Shown: positions 46,177 through 54,563 of the stretch, piece after piece
Numbering within the stretch: the stretch's first letter is position 1
How the letters are laid out: each line of letters opens with the position of its first letter
DNA from: Desulfurivibrionaceae bacterium
Lineage (GTDB): Bacteria; Desulfobacterota; Desulfobulbia; Desulfobulbales; SURF-16
Direction of reading: 5' to 3'
Assembly: GCA_046537975.1 (NCBI GenBank)
Contig: JBKHJR010000003.1
Span: 6,677 to 70,676 of the forward strand
DNA: 64,000 nt
Translations under genes and position numbers: made by a program
Notes under the pieces: model-generated
What the model saw: the letters and a program-made list of their open reading frames with translations, nothing else
Databases searched by the model: none
Told to the model about the DNA's origin: nothing

Positions 46177-47481
46177 TTATCTGCGGGCAAACAGGGCGGA
46201 CAGGGCCAGCAGCAGGGTAACGGCAAAAAAAGAGAAAAGCAGAGCCAGTTCCCGGCCAATAGAGACCAGACCGGTCTGCCGGACCAATATATCGTGAAAA
46301 GCGGCCAGGCTCCAGCCCAAGGGTGAGATTACACTGATATCCTGCATGAAATCAGGCATGGCGTAAACCGGAACCATGACTCCTCCTATTGCCGCAGCCA
46401 GGACCACGGCGATGGCTCCCAGCATGGAGGCCTGTTCAAAACTGCGGCAGACCGCACCCAGCAGGATCCCGAAGCCTATGGCTGCCAGGGAGCTGCCCAG
46501 GACAATGAGAATAACGGCAAGGGCCTGTCCCGGCTCAATTATAAAAGGGGTGGTTCCCAGCCAGGGCAGCAGAAAACGGCCCAGAATAACGATCAGACCG
46601 AACTGGCAGAAACAGATGATCAGGTAAGCAAACACCTTACCGCCCATAAAGGTAAAAGGGGAAACAGGCAGACTCAAAAGCCTGATCCAGACCCCTGAAC
46701 CCCTTTCCCTCAGCAGGGAACCGGCCAGAGGCACCACCACAAAAAACATACCGAATAGAGCCCAGGCCGGAACATTCTGCTGGACTGCATCGGGGATCTG
46801 CAGGACCCCCCGGCCTGAGGCGGCCCTGCCCTCCAGTCTGATCAGGGGCTCGGCCCCCCAGTCCGGTTCAGCGGAGGTCATTTCCTTCATGGTGTCGGGG
46901 ACGGGATAACCGGCCTCCTGAAAACCGGCCTGCAGTGCAGCGGAAAAGGCCTTTATCTTTTCCTCCACTTCGTACTCCAACAAGACAAGGCGGAAGACAG
47001 TCAGCATGTTCCGGCGAAAGCCCGGAGAAACCGTGGGATCAAAATAGACCGGAAGCTCCGGCAGAGCGGCGGTCTCAATTCTACCCCCTTTATTCATTAC
47101 GCTCTGGACCTGTCTCTTCGCTTGCCGGCTCACGGTCCGGCTTGTTCCCTCTGGTATCAAAAGACAGAGCTGATAACGGCCTTCAGCCACCATCTTTAAG
47201 GCCTTCTTTTTTTCCAGGTCCTGGTTATCCGAACCGCTGATCATCCGGACCCGGCTGTTTTCCTCCAGACGATTTTTAAGCCGTTCCCCCAGTCCCCGGC
47301 GCTCCTGATCAACAAGAAGGACCGAAGTGCTGCTCTCTCCCATTATCTTCAGGACATTCTGCTGAACCAGGGTAATCACCACCACCAGGACCGCGGGCAT
47401 CAGAAAAAGAACCAGCAGCCCGGCCCGGTCCCGCCGGAGCAGAAGGATTTCCTTCCAGATTGTTGTCCCTAACCTAATCAT
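46177..47481 (-). CDS. ABC-2-type transporter permease
   Basis: About 434 aa from MIRLGTTIWKE. N-terminal TM helix, a large extracytoplasmic loop and 5 C-terminal TM helices, as in the ABC-2 family. The start overlaps the ATPase stop by 8 nt. Confidence 0.8.
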   Translation of the reverse strand: MIRLGTTIWKEILLLRRDRAGLLVLFLMPAVLVVVITLVQQNVLKIMGESSTSVLLVDQERRGLGERLKNRLEENSRVRMISGSDNQDLEKKKALKMVAEGRYQLCLLIPEGTSRTVSRQAKRQVQSVMNKGGRIETAALPELPVYFDPTVSPGFRRNMLTVFRLVLLEYEVEEKIKAFSAALQAGFQEAGYPVPDTMKEMTSAEPDWGAEPLIRLEGRAASGRGVLQIPDAVQQNVPAWALFGMFFVVVPLAGSLLRERGSGVWIRLLSLPVSPFTFMGGKVFAYLIICFCQFGLIVILGRFLLPWLGTTPFIIEPGQALAVILIVLGSSLAAIGFGILLGAVCRSFEQASMLGAIAVVLAAAIGGVMVPVYAMPDFMQDISVISPLGWSLAAFHDILVRQTGLVSIGRELALLFSFFAVTLLLALSALFARR

Positions 47482-48229
47482 CGCGGAGTTTCCTGCCGGT
47501 AAAATGGAAAAAAAGTTCACTCAGATCGGCACAGCCGGCCTGCTTTTCCAGTTCAGCCGGAGGGCCGGTGGCTATTATCCTGCCCTGGTCGATAACCGCT
47601 ACCCGGTCACAGTTCTGTTCCGCCTCTTCCATGTAATGGGTGGTATAGATCAGGGTGGTCCCGGTCCGGCGCAGATCCACCAGACGGTCCAGGATCAGCT
47701 GCCTGGACTGGGCGTCGATCCCCACCGTGGGTTCATCCAGGATAAGGAGGCGGGGGCTGTGCAGGAGGGCGGCGGCAAGGTTCAACCTTCTTTTCATGCC
47801 ACCGGAAAAGGAATCCACGGTACGCTCCGCCTGGCCGCTCAGACCGGTGAGCTCAAGACAATCCGCAATCCTGTTATCAAGGTTCCGGCCCTTCAGGCCC
47901 TGGAGCCTGCCGAAAAAGGTCAGGTTTTCCCTGCCGGTCATCTCGGCATAAAGGGCGATGTCCTGGGGAACCAGACCGATATCCTTCTTGAACTTTCCGG
48001 ACTTGCCGGAAAGCCGATTCCCCAGCAGGTTAACTTCTCCGCGGTCCGGCCGCAAGACCCCGGCCAGGATGGAGATCGCCGTGGTCTTGCCCGCGCCGTT
48101 GGGCCCCAGGAGGCCGAAACACTCCCCGGACCTGACGGTCAGATCAATATCGTTTAAGGCCGGCCGGCTGCTCCGGGGATACTGTTTGCTTAAGGATCGG
48201 GCCTCAACTACGTTTTCCTTTTGCTCCAT
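47474..48229 (-). CDS. ABC transporter ATP-binding protein (ABC-2 exporter partner)
   Basis: ATG at 48229 (MEQKENVVEAR). Walker A GPNGAGKTT, signature FSGGMKRRL, Walker B LLILDEPT. The upstream extension to 48373 overlaps the preceding gene. Confidence 0.88.
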   Translation of the reverse strand: MEQKENVVEARSLSKQYPRSSRPALNDIDLTVRSGECFGLLGPNGAGKTTAISILAGVLRPDRGEVNLLGNRLSGKSGKFKKDIGLVPQDIALYAEMTGRENLTFFGRLQGLKGRNLDNRIADCLELTGLSGQAERTVDSFSGGMKRRLNLAAALLHSPRLLILDEPTVGIDAQSRQLILDRLVDLRRTGTTLIYTTHYMEEAEQNCDRVAVIDQGRIIATGPPAELEKQAGCADLSELFFHFTGRKLRDD

Positions 48230-48245
48230 GGATGCCGACTCCGCT

Positions 48246-49265
48246 CTAACCGGTAAAGGAAAGAAGTTCCTGATAGACCCCGGCTTCCCGGCGGGCGCAG
48301 TCTTCCAGGATGTCGGCCATCCTGTCATAGCTGTCTTCCTCCCCTGCCCTGCCCTTGCAGATACGGGCGGCAATCACGGCGAATTCCCGCCAGCGGTCTC
48401 CCGCTTCAGTCAGCCGGCGGGAGCATTGGAGCAGTTTATCATCGGAGTAGATCTCCGCCGCCTCCTGCAAAAAAGCGGCATAAATGAAACGAAAACCCCC
48501 GCCTCCGGTGCCGATCTCCTCCTGCATCCTGACCACCTGCCCCAGGATAAGGGCTGCTTTTTCCCGGCCCGAACGCCGGGGCCATTTTCTCATCCTGGAG
48601 GCCAGGAACCTGATACCCCTCACCCCTATCAAAGGAACAGGGGCCTTCACCATCATTTTGCAGACATGCCTGATCCCGTCCGCCACACCCCTGCTGTATT
48701 CGGCACAGGAAGGTACCCGGTCCGGGAAATACATCCTCCCTTTGGGGGCCAGAGGCCCTTTGGCAAAACGGGCCCTTGCCAGATCCTCTGCGGAGCAGAC
48801 CACCGGGGATGGAAAAACCGGGTCGCTTATGAGATAGTCGCTGCCCCGCCTGCCATACACCACCAGATTGTGGGCATTGAAGTGAAACCGGAAAGAACGG
48901 GGAAAATAGGGGAGCCAGAACACCCCGGTCTGCAGGCCCACCGGTATGTTGGCGGCAAGGGCCCGGTCCAGGGCGGCCATTGCTTTTCCGGGACTGGAAA
49001 ACTTCTCTTCTCTGACCCTGAATCCCACATTGCGGGCAACTCTCTTCAGGATGCTGCCGGCGGCACTGCGATAGGTAATAAGAGGTAGTCCGTTTATATA
49101 AATAAAGGGGAAGTAGCCGAAAAAAAGCCCTCCCCCCATACCGAAGACCATGGCCTCGGAAACGGGAAGTCCCTGATGCTGCATCAGGTTGGCGACCACC
49201 CCGCTCTCGCAGTGGGCGGTCTGCCGGTGATGAAAATCTATGGTTATGTCACCATCCTCACTCAA
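48246..49265 (-). CDS. BtrH_N/DUF4872-like papain-fold protein (putative ACP-dependent acyl transferase)
   Basis: 339 aa. N-terminus HHRQTAHCESGVVANLMQHQGLPVSEAMVFGMGGGLFFGY matches my recollection of the butirosin BtrH N-terminal domain with its catalytic Cys. Confidence 0.6.
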   Translation of the reverse strand: MSEDGDITIDFHHRQTAHCESGVVANLMQHQGLPVSEAMVFGMGGGLFFGYFPFIYINGLPLITYRSAAGSILKRVARNVGFRVREEKFSSPGKAMAALDRALAANIPVGLQTGVFWLPYFPRSFRFHFNAHNLVVYGRRGSDYLISDPVFPSPVVCSAEDLARARFAKGPLAPKGRMYFPDRVPSCAEYSRGVADGIRHVCKMMVKAPVPLIGVRGIRFLASRMRKWPRRSGREKAALILGQVVRMQEEIGTGGGGFRFIYAAFLQEAAEIYSDDKLLQCSRRLTEAGDRWREFAVIAARICKGRAGEEDSYDRMADILEDCARREAGVYQELLSFTG

Positions 49266-49678
49266 TTATCATATACCCCTTTGAGCAGTTCCCAGTTGGC
49301 CAGTTGCTCCGTTGTGACGGAAAAAACAGCGGCATAGCGCTTAAGAATCCCGGGTTTAAGCCTATTGAAAAAAGCCGGCCGCAGATGAAGCTTTACCCGC
49401 CAGCGGGAAAGACCGCAATAACGGGCCAGCAGGGTTGTATCCATCTGATTGACCGCCATGTAATAAAGCAGGGGGCTGGCCCGGCCCTTTTCCACTTTCT
49501 CCCGGGCCCGGGCACTCTCCTTCTCAATAGCCTCCCAGGCCTGGCGGTTCACCACATTCACCGCCTCCCAGCCTTTACTGGGTGTTAATTCATAAGAACC
49601 GTTATCATTGACCGCATAACGTATTTCACTAACCCCTTCGGTAATGCCGGTTTCCTGGGGGACTTCCTCTTTTTTCAT
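49262..49678 (-). CDS. hypothetical protein
   Basis: 138-aa ORF, coupled to its neighbours (4-nt overlap downstream, 2-nt gap upstream). No family recognised. Confidence 0.5.
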   Translation of the reverse strand: MKKEEVPQETGITEGVSEIRYAVNDNGSYELTPSKGWEAVNVVNRQAWEAIEKESARAREKVEKGRASPLLYYMAVNQMDTTLLARYCGLSRWRVKLHLRPAFFNRLKPGILKRYAAVFSVTTEQLANWELLKGVYDN

Positions 49679-49680
49679 TA

Positions 49681-50271
49681 TCAGTCCCGGATTTCCCTCA
49701 CCTTGTCATCATCATTGAAGCGGACTTCAATGGTATCAAACCGGTTCTTCCAGAATTTCCAGACGTCGGAGTCAAGGGAACTGGTTCCGGTTTCCGGCGG
49801 GTGTCCCCAGCTGACCAGGACCGCTTCCCTGGACATGCCCAATACCACGTCCCCTGTTTTGATGGCCTCTTTCTCTTTACCGGTCATGCCTTGGGTCATC
49901 TCCTCAAAACTCCGGGAAGTGAGAAGCCGGTCCATGTAATCCTGGGCGCTTATCCCGGGATGATGCTTGGGATTAAAATAGGCATAGTACGTCTGGTTAT
50001 CCTCCACTCCGGTAAAGGACACCACCGGATAACCGCTTTTCTTGCCCAGCTTGATATTCTTGACCCTGGTCCCCGCCGGGATAAGACGCCCCACCTGGTA
50101 ACCGGTGGACCAGATCTCCCCGTTCTCTATCCAGACATTATGGGCCAGATATTTCCGGGTGTCGGCGGACAGTTCCTTGGTCCACTTCGCCTTTCCGCAC
50201 CCCTGATTGCCCAGGATTAACAGAAATGCTGCGGCCACCAGAATGAGATTTGCTAAAAGTTTACTTTTCAT
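49681..50271 (-). CDS. hypothetical lipoprotein (C-terminal SmpA/OmlA-like segment)
   Basis: 196 aa. Lipobox LGNQGC. C-terminal GDVVLGMSREAVLVSWGHP resembles BamE/SmpA-type lipoproteins. Confidence 0.55.
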   Translation of the reverse strand: MKSKLLANLILVAAAFLLILGNQGCGKAKWTKELSADTRKYLAHNVWIENGEIWSTGYQVGRLIPAGTRVKNIKLGKKSGYPVVSFTGVEDNQTYYAYFNPKHHPGISAQDYMDRLLTSRSFEEMTQGMTGKEKEAIKTGDVVLGMSREAVLVSWGHPPETGTSSLDSDVWKFWKNRFDTIEVRFNDDDKVREIRD

Positions 50272-50355
50272 AATTACCTCCTCAACTGTTTTTGTTCAGA
50301 GTCATATCTCTCATACAGTTTATAGTTCAAGGAGTACAATTTCCAGTCCAAATAC

Positions 50356-51843
50356 TCAGGGCTTATCTCTGCCGGGCTCACTATTAAGCTCCGGGGCCCG
50401 GGAGCCCAGTCTCCTGTTGCTCCTGGCAAATTTCAGGAAATCCAGGCCGTTTTTCAGAAACCGCCGCCAGCTGTCCGGGGAGTGATAAAGCATGGCCGCA
50501 TACCCCAGGAGAACCCGGGGCCTCTTGAAGTGCTTTCTGTAAAAATCAATGAACAGTTCATCCAGACGCTCGCGGCTCAAGCCTTCAGGAATAAAGAGAA
50601 AACTCATACAGTCCATGCCCTGCCAGTCTTCGGTAAACTCCCCCAGTTCATGGATCTTATTATACAAGGGGGAGCCGGGAAAAGGAGTGAACTTGGCCAG
50701 GTTAAAATCATCGATGGGCAGGGAAAAGACATAATCCATGCTCTTTTTTATGCTCTCCTCGGTTTCCCCGGGCAGTCCCATCATCAAAAGTCCTTTGGTG
50801 CGGATACCGTGTTTCTTGATGAGCCGGATCTTTTCGGCCAGCATTCCCAGGTCGGCATTCTGCCGGTGCCTGGCCAGGAGATTCTCATCTCCGGTTTCAA
50901 TCCCCAGACTGATCATCCAGCAGCCCCCCTTCTTCATCAGGGCCAGCAGCTCAGAATCGATGTGTTCCGCCCTGACCGCGCAGTTAAAGGTCATGCCCAG
51001 GGGGTGCTCGATCAACTTGGTCATGAGCTCTTCCACCCGTTCCCGTTTGAAAGTGAACTGGTCATCGTAGAAGTTGATATGTTTGATATTGAAGCGCTGC
51101 TTCAGATGCAGCATGTGTTGATAAAGATATTCGGCGGAGTTGTAGCGGAAAGTGCGGCGGAAAACCGAACGGTCGCAGTAGCTGCAGGCATAAGGACAGC
51201 CCCGGCTGGAGGTACAGCTGGTGTTGGGGGTCCGGGGGTAGTTGAAGATGGGCAGGGTGTAGGTCTCCGGATAACCGGCCAGCTTCTCATAGGCCGGAAA
51301 GGGCAAAGAGTCCAGATCCAGCTGGGGCTCCCGGTAGCCGCTAAAGAATGGTTCCCCCTCCCTGCGGAAGATGATCCCCGGGATCTTTTCCAATTCTCCG
51401 CCCTCGCTTCTTATGAGTTCCCTGAGGGTCTCCTCCCCCTCACCGGCAACGATAACATCCACCTCCGGATAGTCGGTCAGAAGCTGCTCCCTGAGAGCGG
51501 AGACATGGGGTCCCCCGAAAACCGTCTTGATTCCGGGCATTATTCCGCGGGCCATTGCCGCCAGCCTGACCCCGTCCAGGAAACTGGAGGTGGTGCAGCT
51601 GAAACCGATAAAGGCGGGCTTATGGGAGACAAGGTACTCCCTGATAAGCCTGTCGCTCTCCGGCCTGGCATAACAGTCGATTATATCAGCCCTGATTCCT
51701 TCCTGTTCCAGGTAAGAGGCAATGCCGGCCAGCCCCAGAGGAGGCATGATATTTGCCATCCGGGAAATATCATGCCCGGCGGCTGCAGCCTGATAACCCA
51801 GGGGGTGGACCAGCAGTATCCGGCGGTAATCCAGTTTATTCAT
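50356..51843 (-). CDS. B12-binding-domain radical SAM enzyme (class B) #4
   Basis: 495 aa. B12-type domain (FIGFSCTTSS...TVFGGPHVS) and CxxxCxxC (RGCPYACSYC). Confidence 0.85.
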   Translation of the reverse strand: MNKLDYRRILLVHPLGYQAAAAGHDISRMANIMPPLGLAGIASYLEQEGIRADIIDCYARPESDRLIREYLVSHKPAFIGFSCTTSSFLDGVRLAAMARGIMPGIKTVFGGPHVSALREQLLTDYPEVDVIVAGEGEETLRELIRSEGGELEKIPGIIFRREGEPFFSGYREPQLDLDSLPFPAYEKLAGYPETYTLPIFNYPRTPNTSCTSSRGCPYACSYCDRSVFRRTFRYNSAEYLYQHMLHLKQRFNIKHINFYDDQFTFKRERVEELMTKLIEHPLGMTFNCAVRAEHIDSELLALMKKGGCWMISLGIETGDENLLARHRQNADLGMLAEKIRLIKKHGIRTKGLLMMGLPGETEESIKKSMDYVFSLPIDDFNLAKFTPFPGSPLYNKIHELGEFTEDWQGMDCMSFLFIPEGLSRERLDELFIDFYRKHFKRPRVLLGYAAMLYHSPDSWRRFLKNGLDFLKFARSNRRLGSRAPELNSEPGRDKP

Positions 51844-51899
51844 GTCCGATTATACTCTTCCTGTCTTTTTATAAGTTTTTTTATCCCCGAAACCTGCGG

Positions 51900-52985
51900 C
51901 TATCCATCTGTCCCGGCCTCGATTAACAGGGCTGCATTTATACCGCCAAAACCGGAGTTGCAGGTCAGGATAGAAGGATATTGAAGGGCCTGTTCCCTTA
52001 CTCCGGAAACCGGCCAATGCTCTTTTTCCGGAACAGCCAGTCCCGCAGTGGGCGGAATCTTTCCCTCCCGGAGGGCCTTAACCGCCAGAGCTGCTTCAAT
52101 AACCCCGGCCGCTCCCAGGGTGTGGCCGATACTTCCCTTGACTGAATGAATCGGGACTCCTCCCTCAAACAGGCTATCCATAGCCACCATTTCCATGGCA
52201 TCATTATAAACCGTCCCGGTACCATGGGCATTGACCGCCCCCACTTTTCGGCTGCCATACTCAATTGCCTGCTCGACGGAACTAATCAGGCCCCCGGCCT
52301 CCCGGCAGGGAGCGGTAATATGCCGGGCATCGCAGGCAGCCCCCCAGCCCTGCAACAGAGGGGAGGAGCTATCCCCTGCAGTCAGGAGAAGATAACCGGC
52401 CCCTTCCCCCAGGGACAAACCGTCCCGATCCCGGTCAAAAGGCCGGGCCCCCTCCCGGGACAGGGCATGCAGCCTGGAAAAACCGGCCTGAACAAATCTG
52501 CCTGCCAGATCAAGGCCCACCACCAAAACAGACTGGGCCTCCCCGCTTTTGATCTGCTGGGCCGCGTTTATAACAGCCAGGGTCCCTGAGGCGCAGGCGG
52601 CACTGACCGTGAGCGGCCGGCCCACGGTACCCGCCTTCCCGGCGATGATCCCGCCCAGATCCCAGGGCTGGCCCTCCCAATGGTCCGGTTCCGGAGCAAG
52701 GAGCTCATCAGAGGCACCTTTGGTGGTGGCTGCAACCAGACCGGTATTTTCAGGGAGAACGGGCAGATCAGCCATAAGCCGGTTCAACAGGTGGTCCAAC
52801 CTCTCCCCGCTACCCGGACTCCCCTCCAGATCAGGGATCAAGGCAGCCGGCCAACGGGCCAGATCCTCATCCAGACCCTTCCGGGTAATGGCGGATCGCC
52901 CCTGCCTAAGTCCCTGCCAGGTGCTTTCCAGATCCCCCAGCGCCGTCACCACACCGGCAGCCTCAATCGTTATCTTACCAGTCAT
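51900..52985 (-). CDS. beta-ketoacyl-ACP synthase #3 (short, 361 aa)
   Basis: Active Cys VSAACASGTLA, AHGTGTVYND and GSIGHTLGAAG. First gene of the minus-strand arm. Confidence 0.88.
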   Translation of the reverse strand: MTGKITIEAAGVVTALGDLESTWQGLRQGRSAITRKGLDEDLARWPAALIPDLEGSPGSGERLDHLLNRLMADLPVLPENTGLVAATTKGASDELLAPEPDHWEGQPWDLGGIIAGKAGTVGRPLTVSAACASGTLAVINAAQQIKSGEAQSVLVVGLDLAGRFVQAGFSRLHALSREGARPFDRDRDGLSLGEGAGYLLLTAGDSSSPLLQGWGAACDARHITAPCREAGGLISSVEQAIEYGSRKVGAVNAHGTGTVYNDAMEMVAMDSLFEGGVPIHSVKGSIGHTLGAAGVIEAALAVKALREGKIPPTAGLAVPEKEHWPVSGVREQALQYPSILTCNSGFGGINAALLIEAGTDG

Positions 52986-53042
52986 CCCCCAGCTCCCTGC
53001 ATCGAATTACCATTAATTCCGAGCACCGCCATTCATACCTGC

Positions 53043-53091
53043 TCAATTAATCTCCAAGAACATCTTTGTCAATTAATGTTGCAATTAATGT
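53043..53091. promoter_or_regulatory. three CAATTAAT(G/C)T repeats in the divergent KS / gap intergenic region (candidate operator)
   Basis: TCAATTAATCT (53043), TCAATTAATGT (53069), GCAATTAATGT (53081), located 60-105 bp upstream of the minus-strand KS start. Confidence 0.35.
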
Positions 53092-53323
53092 CAGTTTTTC
53101 TTGCTTACCACCTCAGCATTCATTAAATTCACTTCTCAATCTTATCTTGACAGGGTCAGTTAAATTGCTCAAAAATAATATCAAAGATCAATTTTAGGGA
53201 TCTGTCGCTATTCAAAATTCTCGATCAGATATATTTGCGCAAAAACTCGGACAAATGGTTGGATATCCGGCGTGAGCCGGCTTAGGGATACCACCAGTAA
53301 TTAAATGGAGGAGCAGGACAGTC

Positions 53324-54538
53324 ATGAAATTAGGGATTAACGGACTGGGAAGAATCGGCAAACTCTCTCTCTGGCACCACGTGGCCAGGAAATATTTTTC
53401 CGAAATCATAGTCAATACCGGACGGGAAGTGGGACAGAGCCTGGAAGACATCGCCTCTGTTATAGAAAAAGACAGTACCTACGGCAAACTGGGCAACTAT
53501 TTATACGGTTACAAGGGAGGCCGGATGGTGGAAAATCTGGACGAATCCTCCGGCTCCATGACCGTCGACGGTCTGCCGGTAAAGATTCTCCGGGAGGCAA
53601 GAAATCCCAAGGATATTAAGTGGCAGGAAAACGGGGTAAAGCTGGTTCTGGAAACCACCGGGGTTTTTAATGACCCCACTGCCGACAGTGAAATCAAAGG
53701 AGGGGCCTTAAGGGGACATCTTAATGCCGGCGCGGAAAAGGCCATTCTCTCCGCACCCTTCAAGATCAAGGAAAAGGGAAGTTCCATGCCCGACGATGCC
53801 GTAACTACCGTAATGGGCATCAACGAGGAAGACTACATCCCAACCCAGCACCATCTTGTCTCGGCAGCTTCATGCACCACTACCTGTCTGGCCTTTATGA
53901 TCAAACCCCTTCTCGATCAGATCGGGGTGGAAAATTTTCTGAGTGCTTCAATGGTCACTGTTCATGCCGCTACCGGAAGCCAGAAAGTGATTGATGCAGT
54001 ACCCAAAAGAGGCGCTACCGACCTGAGGAAAAACCGCAGTATCCTTAACAACATAATTTTGACCACCACCGGGGCCGCCAAAGCCCTCCGCCTGGTTATC
54101 CCGGAGATGAAGAACGTGGGTTTCATGGCGGAATCCGTGCGTATCCCCACCTCCACCGGCTCTCTGATTATTCTGGTTCTCGACCTGCACGACGATACAG
54201 ACGACCCGATCAGAAGAGATAGAATCAACGAAATCTACCGCAATTTCGACGAACACTCTCCCTATCTGGAATACACGGATAAACAGAACGTCTCTTCCGA
54301 CATCATAGGGACACCTTCTGCAGCCACAGTTATAGAGGGAAGCGAGACCCACACCAGGACCGCTTCCATCTCCCTTAATCTCAATAAAATCCAGAAATGC
54401 GCCCCTACCGGGGAGGATCAGATTCTGGAAGTACCGGTAACCCAGGCTGTTATATATGGCTGGTACGACAACGAACTGGGCAGTTATACCAATATGCTGG
54501 GAGACCGGACCGTGTCCATAGCTGAACAGATGATTTAA
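53324..54538 (+). CDS. gap: glyceraldehyde-3-phosphate dehydrogenase (atypically long, 404 aa)
   Basis: N-terminal LGINGLGRIGK and an active site SAASCTTTCLA (canonical SCTTNC). Heads a gap-pgk-tpiA operon. Confidence 0.85.
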   Translation: MKLGINGLGRIGKLSLWHHVARKYFSEIIVNTGREVGQSLEDIASVIEKDSTYGKLGNYLYGYKGGRMVENLDESSGSMTVDGLPVKILREARNPKDIKWQENGVKLVLETTGVFNDPTADSEIKGGALRGHLNAGAEKAILSAPFKIKEKGSSMPDDAVTTVMGINEEDYIPTQHHLVSAASCTTTCLAFMIKPLLDQIGVENFLSASMVTVHAATGSQKVIDAVPKRGATDLRKNRSILNNIILTTTGAAKALRLVIPEMKNVGFMAESVRIPTSTGSLIILVLDLHDDTDDPIRRDRINEIYRNFDEHSPYLEYTDKQNVSSDIIGTPSAATVIEGSETHTRTASISLNLNKIQKCAPTGEDQILEVPVTQAVIYGWYDNELGSYTNMLGDRTVSIAEQMI

Positions 54539-54563
54539 AGTTTTAAGTTAAGGTGAGAAAAAA

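Noticed and set aside
48230-48373. N-terminal extension of the ABC ATPase ORF
   Set aside because: It overlaps the BtrH-like gene's 3' end. MEQKENVVEAR at 48229 lies the normal distance upstream of Walker A.
47958-49088. 376-aa plus-strand ORF
   Set aside because: It is antisense to the ABC ATPase and the BtrH-like gene. The product is Pro/Gly/Arg-rich with no motifs. The minus-strand genes have Walker motifs and operon coupling.
50482-51984. 500-aa plus-strand ORF
   Set aside because: It lies entirely antisense to the B12-radical SAM gene (50356-51843), which has clear CxxxCxxC and B12-domain motifs. The plus-strand translation is low-complexity (G/P/Q/A-rich) with no recognisable domain. 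It is a shadow ORF.
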